Of a stretch of DNA of 49,677 bases, positions 36,012-44,123 are shown in pieces (position 1 is the stretch's first letter; every line of letters begins with the position of its first letter). Location of the stretch: contig DASYQG010000691.1 in NCBI GenBank assembly GCA_036005825.1, positions 1 through 49,677 of the forward strand. Direction: 5' to 3'. The notes beneath the pieces were generated by a model that saw only the letters and a program-made list of their open reading frames with translations, was not told the origin of the DNA and made no database searches. The translations under genes and the position numbers were made by a program. Origin of the DNA: Chitinophagaceae bacterium (lineage in GTDB: Bacteria; Bacteroidota; Bacteroidia; Chitinophagales; Chitinophagaceae).

Positions 36012-37622
36012 TTAACGCTTGTTTACAATGAATTTCTCTACTACCTGTTCCCCTGTTTCTACATTCACAATTCGTACAGTGTAAAATCCTGAATTGAGGT
36101 TATCAACCTGGATCGTGTTATTAGTAACTCCTTTCCATTGTTTTATTGTTTTTCCGCTTACATCCATCAAAGACACATCGCGAGGACTATCTGCATCTTC
36201 AAACACAATATTTACTTTGCCATCTCCACTTGGGTTAGGGTAAATAATTGTTTTGGCTTTTTGTCCCTCACCACGAACCGAGCGGATCAAACTGTAAGCA
36301 TTTTTTCCGTCAATATCAAATTGCCTGAGTCTGTATTGAGAAATTCCTTTTGCATTATTGAAATCACTAAACTCATAAGTAAGAGTTGAGGTGCTGTTAC
36401 CGTTAAGTGCTTTTGATTCAACAAAGTCAATATTTTGCCATGCTCCATTTGATAATTTGCGCTGAACATAGAACCCTTTGTTATTTTGTTCTTGCTCTGT
36501 TTCCCATTTTAAATCAACGTAAGAAGTGTTTTTGCGAACAGCATTGAATGATTTCAAATTTATCGGAAGTGTTTCGCAAGATTGATCTGCTGTCCTTGAT
36601 ATGGCATTGTCATAAAGACCAGGTACCGTTACATCTAGCCTAATTGATGCATAATTTGCCGCTCCACTCGCATAAAAAGCACTGTAAGTAGCATAGTCAA
36701 GCGTTATAGTTCCAGAAGAAAAACTAGAAGGAGGAACATCTGCAGAATTTGCACTTAGCATTACATCTCCTTCGTACACGAGGTACTCGTCAAATGGCGG
36801 CAATACGTCCACAAAATATACTTTGTAGTGATAGGTATATGCCGCAGATATCGCAGTACTGATTGAAAAAGAAAATTGACGAGGAGCGCCACATAAAGAA
36901 CTTAACGCCAAAGTTGGATCGTTAACTGATGTACTTTGACCACATATATAGCATTGAGCACCAATTTTAGATTTAGAAGGCTGACCGCCGCTTCCTTGAG
37001 CATTTGTTCCCCAAACATCCGTAATAACAGTAAGTGGTTGGCAAGGGCCTAATACTTCCACTACTATTCCGGTTATTATGAAATGCAAAGTATCGGTGGC
37101 AGTTCTTGTAATTGTGGCATTTGTTGCAGTATTTAAGGCAACCAATTGGCCATTATTATTGTCGTTGTTTGGATATTCCCCAGTCACCGCTATTTTATTG
37201 GTTACATCTACTGTCGTGTTAAGTGGAAACGTCACAGTATTTAGACCAATAAATCCCAAATCTAATATCGAGGCTCCTGCCTCAAAAATAGTGTCTCCCA
37301 ATTGTGTTACATTACCTGGAGAAATGTTAGGTGTGTGCCCACCAATAGGGGCATTGGGGTCACAATTGAATACATTTGGATAATTGCTTTGCAACCATGA
37401 GTGAAAAAACAAATATTTAAATCCTGAATTAGTCTTGATATCGAATTCAGCATTGAAAGTGACTCGGCATCTGACAGGGTCAGTTGCGCTTCCGGTTCCA
37501 ATTTGTTGGCCGGGCTGTGCGTCAATTTTCACATTACTAAGTCCAAGGTCACATTGCGCTTTTGCAGTGTTAACAATCGCAAAACTGCAGATTGTCAAGA
37601 AGAAAAGTAAAATCTTTTTCAT
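36012..37622 (-). CDS. secreted protein of unknown function, long-head member D of the four-gene family, with T9SS C-terminal sorting domain
   Basis: Signal peptide MKKILLFFLTICSFAIVNTAKA. Head KAQCDLGLSN...FNAEFDIKTNSGFKYLFFHSWLQSNYPNVFNC is homologous to member A. Shared module LPINLKSFNAVRKN...IIYPNPSGDGKVNIVF...GFYTVRIVNVETGEQVVEKFIVNKR. Confidence 0.85.
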   Translation of the reverse strand: MKKILLFFLTICSFAIVNTAKAQCDLGLSNVKIDAQPGQQIGTGSATDPVRCRVTFNAEFDIKTNSGFKYLFFHSWLQSNYPNVFNCDPNAPIGGHTPNISPGNVTQLGDTIFEAGASILDLGFIGLNTVTFPLNTTVDVTNKIAVTGEYPNNDNNNGQLVALNTATNATITRTATDTLHFIITGIVVEVLGPCQPLTVITDVWGTNAQGSGGQPSKSKIGAQCYICGQSTSVNDPTLALSSLCGAPRQFSFSISTAISAAYTYHYKVYFVDVLPPFDEYLVYEGDVMLSANSADVPPSSFSSGTITLDYATYSAFYASGAANYASIRLDVTVPGLYDNAISRTADQSCETLPINLKSFNAVRKNTSYVDLKWETEQEQNNKGFYVQRKLSNGAWQNIDFVESKALNGNSTSTLTYEFSDFNNAKGISQYRLRQFDIDGKNAYSLIRSVRGEGQKAKTIIYPNPSGDGKVNIVFEDADSPRDVSLMDVSGKTIKQWKGVTNNTIQVDNLNSGFYTVRIVNVETGEQVVEKFIVNKR

Positions 37623-37635
37623 GCTTCAAGGTTTT
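37623..37635. repeat. 5' arm of the inverted motif (gcttcaaggtttt), abutting the start codon of gene D
   Basis: The plus strand reads cat-gcttcaaggtttt. Confidence 0.7.
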
Positions 37636-38282
37636 TTGTCCCAATGTATCGGGACGATTTTAATAAATAGTTTTTACAGTTAACGAATACTACCCTTCGG
37701 CTTTATTTTTCGGGGTAGTGTATATGATGATTTAATTCATCCACTTGTTAGTGGTGATTCATCAGGAGGTTGGAAACCTTGGCATTCAGAATAGGAAGGG
37801 ACTTATCATGCCTGCGGCAGACATGGGCTTGGGTTAGCTCAATAGATAATTGGGACTGATAGTTCAGAAGTATTGGAGAATTCTTTGTACTATAATGATC
37901 ATTGCAAAAAGCAACAAACATTGCAGCTACACAGTAGAGTTCAAACGAAATGGATTTTTTTAACCAACGGCTTTTTAGATAGGAGAGTGAAATTTCGGGA
38001 GGATCGATTTCTCAATCAGGATGCTAAAATAAAGCATAGATTTTAGAACTGCAAATAGATCGCGAAAATTTCTTTTATAAATTAAAAACTATTCTGTCGT
38101 TAAACCCCTACACCCCAGTGCTGGAAAGCCTGTTCAGTCCAAGACATACCACCTTATTCGCACTCAAATGCATGGTTAAAGCATATCAAAGACATGGCAA
38201 AAGCGTTCGAATTGGCATAATCACTACCCTCGCGTCCATCCTGACTAACCGAGAACTCATGCCCGTTTCTTGAAATAGCAGA

Positions 38283-38966
38283 TCAGGCACCAATGATTTT
38301 CTTTGCCAGCTTTTCCACCTTCTGAATGGTCTCCTTAGCAGTCAGGTTGGTATTATCCACTAAGATCGCATCATCAGCTTTTCGCAGAGGACTTTCTTCG
38401 CGGTTACTGTCAATATAATCCCGCATTTCAAGATTTGCTTTTATTTCTTCGATCGTAACGTTAGGATTTTTTTCAAACAGCTCTTTAAATCTTCTTTCCA
38501 CTCTCACCGCATTATCAGCTGTCAAAAAGATCTTTAATTCGGCTTTGGGAAAAACAACAGTACCAATATCACGGCCGTCCATTATCACCCCTTTCTTTTT
38601 GCCCATTAGTTGTTGTTGCTCGACTGCAAATTTTCTTACTTCTTTAATGGCAGCCACGTCACTTACTTTCTCCGCCACTACAAGGTCGCGGATCACATAT
38701 TCCACATTTTCGCCGTTCAAATGCATTTCGCTTTGCTGGCTTTTATCATTGTAAATAAATTCAAGTGAAATTTCTTTCAATGCGCTTTTTACTTCATTCT
38801 TATCTGTCCAGTCCACATGATTACGCAAAAAATAAAGTGTAATGGCACGGTACATAGCACCACTATCGACATACAGATAGCCTAATTCTTTTGCAAGCTC
38901 TTTGGCCAAAGTGCTTTTGCCACAGCTACTCCATCCATCAATTGCTATGATAATTTTTTTCGCCAT
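38283..38966 (-). CDS. cmk: (d)CMP kinase
   Basis: IIAIDGWSSCGKSTLAKELAKELGYLYVDSGAMYRA (P-loop and cytidylate kinase N-terminal signature). Also GRDIGTVVFP. Size is 227 aa. Confidence 0.9.
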   Translation of the reverse strand: MAKKIIIAIDGWSSCGKSTLAKELAKELGYLYVDSGAMYRAITLYFLRNHVDWTDKNEVKSALKEISLEFIYNDKSQQSEMHLNGENVEYVIRDLVVAEKVSDVAAIKEVRKFAVEQQQLMGKKKGVIMDGRDIGTVVFPKAELKIFLTADNAVRVERRFKELFEKNPNVTIEEIKANLEMRDYIDSNREESPLRKADDAILVDNTNLTAKETIQKVEKLAKKIIGA

Positions 38967-38972
38967 GTATTT

Positions 38973-39005
38973 GCAAAAATAAATTACCGCCGGTGAAGGC
39001 GGTAA
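38973..39005 (-). terminator. rho-independent terminator after the prolyl oligopeptidase gene
   Basis: Stem ttaccgcc (38984-38991), loop ggtgaa, stem ggcggtaa (38998-39005). The A-rich run 38973-38983 is the T-run on the minus strand. Confidence 0.7.
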
Positions 39006-39032
39006 CTTGTGAGAAAATATGTGACAAATATA

Positions 39033-41180
39033 CTAGAAAGGTTTTTTTGCGTCCTGGAATTTTACTCCATCAAATTTTGGCGTCAGCTTCATGTTATAAA
39101 AAATAAATGAATAAATATCGGCTGTCGTTTCCAACGCTTTTCTAAGATTGCTGGCACCATGCCCGGAGTTTACATCTATTCTGATCAAAGCGGGGTTGCT
39201 TCCTTTATATTTTTCCTGCAATGTTGCCGCATACTTAAATGAATGGGCAGGCACTACCCTATCATCATGATCAGCAGTTGTAATTAAAGTAGCCGGATAA
39301 TTCAATCCTTGTTTAATATTATGGATCGGTGAATAAGCATAAAGGTTTTTAAAATCGCTTGCATTGTCACTGCTGCCGTACTCTGCGATCCAGTTCCAGC
39401 CAATTGTGAACTTATGAAAACGCAGCATGTCCATTACACCTACCTGTGGTATTGCCACTTTACACAAATCAGGCCGCTGATTAATAACTGCGCCAACTAA
39501 TAATCCTCCATTTGATCCGCCCTGCAATGCGAGATAATCTTTTGAAGTATACTTTTCTTTTATTAAAAATTCTCCGGCTGAAATAAAATCGTCGAACACC
39601 GTTTGCTTTTTCAATCGCATACCTGCCTCATGCCATGTTTCACCGTACTCACTGCCGCCTCTTAGGTTGGCTATGCAAAAAATTCCTCCTTGTTCAAGCC
39701 ATGCAATTCTTGTTGAAGAAAAAGATGGGTTGCTGCTGATATTGAATCCACCATATCCATAAAGTATCGTTGGATTCATACCATTCTTTTTTGTTCCTTT
39801 TTTATATACAATGAACATCGGAACTTTTGTTCCATCCTTGCTTGGATAAAACACTTGCTCTGTTACATACTCTTCGGGATTAAATTTCACTTCAGGTTTT
39901 CTAAAAACTGTACTTTTCGCACTGGCAATATCGTAGCGATAAATAGTGGGTGGGAATGTTATTGATGTAAATGTGTAGAAAACAAACTTATCATCTTTTT
40001 CTCCGCCAAAACCACCAGCAGTCCCTAATGCAGGCAGCTTTACTTCTTTTTCAAGTTTACCATTATAATCATACACATATACTCTGCTTGTTACATCTTT
40101 TAAATAAGTAATAAATAATTTACCCCCTGATGAAGTTGCTGAAGAAATATTTTCCGGCTTTTCAGCAATAACTGTTTTCCAATTTGATGGATCTGGGTTT
40201 TGGGGATCAATAGAAACTATGCGTTGGTTCAATGCGCCATCATTTGTAAGAATAAGAAATCTGCCATTTGATTCTTCCAAAAAATCATAATTATAATCTC
40301 CTGCTTCCTTAATAATTGGTTTAAAAGTTTTGTCATCACTTTTACTGTCAAAATACCAAAGTGCATTCCCATCTTTTGCTTTTCCCCTGTCAGATATATT
40401 CAAAAACACATAACGTTCATCTTCACTTGTAAAGACGCCATGAAAACGTTGAGGATTTGCAGCATCTTCATAAACTAATTCGTCCTGAGTTTGTGAAGTA
40501 CCCACTTTGTGAAAGTACACCTGGTGATTTTCATTTTTGGTTGAGAGCTCTGTTCCTTTTTCAGGTGTTGGGTAACGGCTATAATAAAAACCATTTCCCT
40601 TCCATGATGCACCTGAAACTTTTACCCACGCCAGTGAATCTGGTAAATATTTAAGTGTTGTCATATCCATCACAAAAAAAGTACGCCAATCACTGCCACC
40701 CTTTGATTTTCCCACCACTGCATATTTACCATCTTTTGAAAGAGCAAAAGTCGCGAGACCACTCGTTCCATCGGCAGAAAATTTATTAGGATCCAGGACC
40801 AATTCTGGTTCACCATCCAATCCTTTCTGGCGATATAGCACACTTTGATTTTGCAAACCATCATTTTTTGAAAAATAGAAATATTCATTTTTTTTTGACG
40901 GCGAACTATACTTAGGATAGTTATTTATTTCCTCTAATCTTTTTAACCATTGTGCACGGTATGGGATTTTGTCAAGAAAACCGAATGTCACCTTGTTCTC
41001 CTCCGTCACCCATTGTTTAGTCTCTTCACTTCGGTCATCTTCCAGCCAACGATAAGGATCGGCAACCATTGTCCCATAATAATTAGTTACTGTATCCACT
41101 TTTTTTGTAGCCGGGTAATTGAACTGTGCAAACAAAAAAGCCGGCAAAAAAAAGATCAGCGATAAAAAAACTCTTTTCAT
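39033..41180 (-). CDS. prolyl oligopeptidase (S9A family serine peptidase)
   Basis: N-terminus YPATKKVDTVTNYYGTMVADPYRWLEDDRSEETKQWV. Catalytic serine block LALQGGSNGGLLVGA. C-terminal DDRV and SGHG blocks. Signal peptide present. Confidence 0.9.
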   Translation of the reverse strand: MKRVFLSLIFFLPAFLFAQFNYPATKKVDTVTNYYGTMVADPYRWLEDDRSEETKQWVTEENKVTFGFLDKIPYRAQWLKRLEEINNYPKYSSPSKKNEYFYFSKNDGLQNQSVLYRQKGLDGEPELVLDPNKFSADGTSGLATFALSKDGKYAVVGKSKGGSDWRTFFVMDMTTLKYLPDSLAWVKVSGASWKGNGFYYSRYPTPEKGTELSTKNENHQVYFHKVGTSQTQDELVYEDAANPQRFHGVFTSEDERYVFLNISDRGKAKDGNALWYFDSKSDDKTFKPIIKEAGDYNYDFLEESNGRFLILTNDGALNQRIVSIDPQNPDPSNWKTVIAEKPENISSATSSGGKLFITYLKDVTSRVYVYDYNGKLEKEVKLPALGTAGGFGGEKDDKFVFYTFTSITFPPTIYRYDIASAKSTVFRKPEVKFNPEEYVTEQVFYPSKDGTKVPMFIVYKKGTKKNGMNPTILYGYGGFNISSNPSFSSTRIAWLEQGGIFCIANLRGGSEYGETWHEAGMRLKKQTVFDDFISAGEFLIKEKYTSKDYLALQGGSNGGLLVGAVINQRPDLCKVAIPQVGVMDMLRFHKFTIGWNWIAEYGSSDNASDFKNLYAYSPIHNIKQGLNYPATLITTADHDDRVVPAHSFKYAATLQEKYKGSNPALIRIDVNSGHGASNLRKALETTADIYSFIFYNMKLTPKFDGVKFQDAKKPF

Positions 41181-41373
41181 ATGTATATTTTTAGTGTTTT
41201 TGGCAAAATGGAATCATTAGAAATTTTTGTTTAGTAAATAAAATTAGGGATTACCCGATTGCAAAAAATCGATTTACTGATAAAGGGTAAACAGTGGTAA
41301 TAAGTGGCTTGTGTGAAAAAAACACGATAAAAAAACAAAACATTATTTTTGGCGGCCGGTTAACCTAATAAAA

Positions 41374-41390
41374 TTCAAACAGTTGTTTGT
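41374..41390 (+). promoter_or_regulatory. 17-nt motif ttcaaacagttgtttgt, 26 nt upstream of the pfkA ATG; an exact copy lies at 48086-48102
   Basis: An exact 17-mer is shared by two promoter/leader regions of carbohydrate-metabolism genes. Its function is unknown. Confidence 0.3.
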
Positions 41391-41416
41391 TTTTTCGTTT
41401 AACCTTTAAAACTGAT

Positions 41417-42400
41417 ATGGCAAATAAAGTAACAAAAATTGGTGTTCTTACTTCGGGCGGCGACGCACCTGGTATGAATGCAGCTATTCGTGCTGTTGTA
41501 AGAACAGGGATTTATCACGGGCTGGAAGTATATGGGATCTTGCGTGGCTACCAAGGAATGATCGATGACGATATCATTAAGATGGAAACAAGATCGGTCG
41601 CAAATATTATTCAGCGGGGAGGTACTATTTTAAAGACTGCCCGTTGCAAAGAATTTTTTGACTACGAAGGAAGGCAAAGAGCATACGACAATTTAAAGGA
41701 CCGTGGCATAAATGGTCTTATAATTATTGGTGGAGATGGTTCCTTTCGTGGTGCAGTAAAATTTAGCCAGGAGTTTGATATCCCCTGTATTGGTATTGCA
41801 GGTACAATTGATAAAGACATCTATGGAACTGATTTTACGATCGGGTTTGATACAGCAGTGAATACCGCCGTAGAAGCGATCGATAAGGTAAGAGATACGA
41901 TGGATGCGCATGATCGCATTTTTATTATTGAAGTAATGGGACGTGATGCAGGGTACATTGCTTTACACAGTGGAATCGCCACAGGTGCTGAAAATATTTT
42001 GATACCGGAAAGAAAAACAGATATCAATGATATAGTGGCATCATTGCAGGAAAAAGAAAGAAGAAAAAAATTAGTGAACCTGATCGTGGTTGCAGAAGGT
42101 GATGAATACGGCGGCGCTAATGAAGTGCATAAGATCCTGAAAGAAAAATTGCCACTTGCTGAAATAAGAGTTTGCATACTTGGCCATATTCAAAGAGGTG
42201 GTTCACCTTCATGTCTCGACAGGCTTATAGCCAGTCGTATGGGCTTTCATGCAGTAGAATCTTTAATAGAGGGACGCCATAATGTCTTTGTAGGAATTAT
42301 GAATAACAAAATGCATTACATACCGCTGGAGAATGCTGTTAAAAACAAAGCAAAAATCAGTGAAGAGTGGTTGAAGATCGTAAAGATATTAGCGAGCTAA
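41417..42400 (+). CDS. pfkA: ATP-dependent 6-phosphofructokinase
   Basis: KIGVLTSGGDAPGMNAAIRAVVR, IGGDGS, GIAGTIDKD, MGRDAGYIAL, LGHIQRGG. I chose the ATG at 41417. The listed ORF starts at a TTG at 41387. Confidence 0.9.
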   Translation: MANKVTKIGVLTSGGDAPGMNAAIRAVVRTGIYHGLEVYGILRGYQGMIDDDIIKMETRSVANIIQRGGTILKTARCKEFFDYEGRQRAYDNLKDRGINGLIIIGGDGSFRGAVKFSQEFDIPCIGIAGTIDKDIYGTDFTIGFDTAVNTAVEAIDKVRDTMDAHDRIFIIEVMGRDAGYIALHSGIATGAENILIPERKTDINDIVASLQEKERRKKLVNLIVVAEGDEYGGANEVHKILKEKLPLAEIRVCILGHIQRGGSPSCLDRLIASRMGFHAVESLIEGRHNVFVGIMNNKMHYIPLENAVKNKAKISEEWLKIVKILAS

Positions 42401-42582
42401 GCATGTAGCCGTCTAAGCTGAAGAGTTTAGATCGATTAGTATAAACTGTTTGAGTATTTTTTAGATGAAAGTGATAATTGTGTAACCAACTTTTGTAATT
42501 CTATTCAACTTCTGTTGCGTCGCACACGTTAGCTTTCGGTTTTCTAATCAACAATTAATAACAAGTAACCATCAATAATACA

Positions 42583-44073
42583 ATGAGCAAAAAAGTAGAA
42601 AAATATTTTCAGAAATCAATGAACAAAGAAGCCGGTGTTCAGCATACGACCCATCGAACAAAGATCGTAGCCACTGTCGGTCCGGCTTGTGATACCTACG
42701 ATAAATTACTTGATCTTGTAAGAGCAGGAGTAAATGTGTTTCGATTGAATTTCTCTCATGGTTCGCATGAAGACAAAGGAAAAATAATTGAACATATCCG
42801 GCAGATAAATAAGAAAGAACCTTACAATATTGCGATACTTGGCGATCTGCAGGGACCTAAATTGAGAGTAGGTGAAATTGAAAATGGAGTAATTGAGGTT
42901 GTCGAAGGCGACATTCTCACATTTACAAATGAAAAAGTAATTGGTAACAAAGAAAAAATTTACATCTCATATCCGAATTTCCATAGTGATGTTAAGATAG
43001 GTAATACTATTTTAATTGATGACGGGAAATTAGAAGTCAGGGTGCTAAGCATTGAAAAAAACAATGATGTAAAAGTCGTGGTAACATTAGGAGGAGATCT
43101 CTCTTCGAAAAAAGGCATCAATTTACCCGATACAAAGATCACCTTACCGGCATTAACTGATAAAGATCTTACCGATCTTGATTTTATCATCGAACAAAAA
43201 TTAGATTGGGTAGCCCTTTCGTTTGTAAGAAATGTAAAAGACCTCATCATTCTTCGTAATAAACTGGAAGAAAAGAAAAGTAAAACAAAGATCATCGCCA
43301 AAATTGAAAAGCCGGAAGCGATTGAAAATATCCGCGACATCATTGTGGAATCAGACGGTATCATGGTTGCCCGCGGCGATCTTGGGGTAGAATTACCAAT
43401 AGAAAAAGTTCCATTGATCCAAAAGCAAATTATCAAAAAATGTCTTCATCGTGCTAAGCCAGTTATCGTTGCTACACAAATGATGGAAAGTATGATCGAG
43501 AGAACAAAGCCAAATCGTAGTGAGATAACCGATGTAGCGAATGCTGTATTGGAAGGTGCAGATGCTGTAATGCTGAGTGGCGAAACGGCAACAGGTGCAC
43601 ATCCTACATTGGTAGTAGAAACTATGAAAAAGATCATTGAAGAAGTTGAAAGGACCGATTATCATTATAGCCTCGAAGATGAATTAGCGCCACAACCACA
43701 TTCACCATCCTTTTTAAGTGATGCAATTTGTTATAATGCATGCAAGCTTGCAAAAGATGTAGAATCACAAGCGTTAATTGGAATGACTCAAAGTGGATAT
43801 ACTGCATTTATGCTTAGCAGCTATCGTCCTAAAGCACCATTATTTATTTTTACAAAGGAAAGAACTCTTGTAAATCAGCTTAGTCTTAGTTGGGGTGTAA
43901 GAGCATTTTTCTATGATGAAGAAGAAAGTCTTGATGATATCATCTTTGACCAAATAGAAATACTTAAAGAAAGAGGATTTTTAAAAAGTGGTGATGTAGC
44001 TGTTAGTACCGGAAGCACTCCCGTACATCTTCATTTACCAACCAATACACTTAAGATAACAAAACTTGATTAA
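42583..44073 (+). CDS. pyk: pyruvate kinase
   Basis: RTKIVATVGPA, NVFRLNFSHG, LGDLQGPKLR, MVARGDLGVE, ATQMMESM, and a C-terminal regulatory domain. Confidence 0.9.
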   Translation: MSKKVEKYFQKSMNKEAGVQHTTHRTKIVATVGPACDTYDKLLDLVRAGVNVFRLNFSHGSHEDKGKIIEHIRQINKKEPYNIAILGDLQGPKLRVGEIENGVIEVVEGDILTFTNEKVIGNKEKIYISYPNFHSDVKIGNTILIDDGKLEVRVLSIEKNNDVKVVVTLGGDLSSKKGINLPDTKITLPALTDKDLTDLDFIIEQKLDWVALSFVRNVKDLIILRNKLEEKKSKTKIIAKIEKPEAIENIRDIIVESDGIMVARGDLGVELPIEKVPLIQKQIIKKCLHRAKPVIVATQMMESMIERTKPNRSEITDVANAVLEGADAVMLSGETATGAHPTLVVETMKKIIEEVERTDYHYSLEDELAPQPHSPSFLSDAICYNACKLAKDVESQALIGMTQSGYTAFMLSSYRPKAPLFIFTKERTLVNQLSLSWGVRAFFYDEEESLDDIIFDQIEILKERGFLKSGDVAVSTGSTPVHLHLPTNTLKITKLD

Positions 44074-44074
44074 A

Positions 44075-44108
44075 TAAAAAAGCATCACTTTTCAGTGATG
44101 CTTTTTTA
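44075..44108. terminator. hairpin terminator after pyk (A-run and T-run on both sides)
   Basis: Stem agcatcact (44081-44089), loop tttc, stem agtgatgct (44094-44102), T-run 44103-44108, A-run 44075-44080. Confidence 0.8.
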
Positions 44109-44123
44109 TTTATATTTTCATTC

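Noticed and set aside
31458-36014. Four copies of a ~50-nt repeat with a hairpin, considered as a CRISPR array or as integron attC sites
   Set aside because: It is not CRISPR: the repeats are 1.3-1.9 kb apart, each follows a full gene, and no cas genes are present. It is not a convincing integron either. The spacers of ~340 nt upstream of each gene leave room for individual promoters. No intI gene is present. The sequences GTTTTAAC/GTTAAAAC only approximate the RYYYAAC/GTTRRRY core sites, each with one extra base.
38225-38265. The minus-strand string GTCAGGATGGACGCGAGGGTAG vaguely resembles the SRP RNA domain IV region (GUCAGGUCCGGAAGGAAGCAGC)
   Set aside because: The conserved GGAA/AGCA motifs are not present, and I could not find the complementary strand of the long SRP hairpin. 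The resemblance is too weak to call an ncRNA without a covariance-model search.
42960-43436. 158-aa minus-strand ORF (with 41821..42177, 43393..43665 and similar ORFs)
   Set aside because: These are antisense shadows inside the strongly recognisable pyk and pfkA coding regions. The many other 60-100 aa ORFs nested in or antisense to long genes throughout the track (for example 2987..3190, 15151..15435, 19266..19544, 33667..33942, 34970..35245) are rejected for the same reason.
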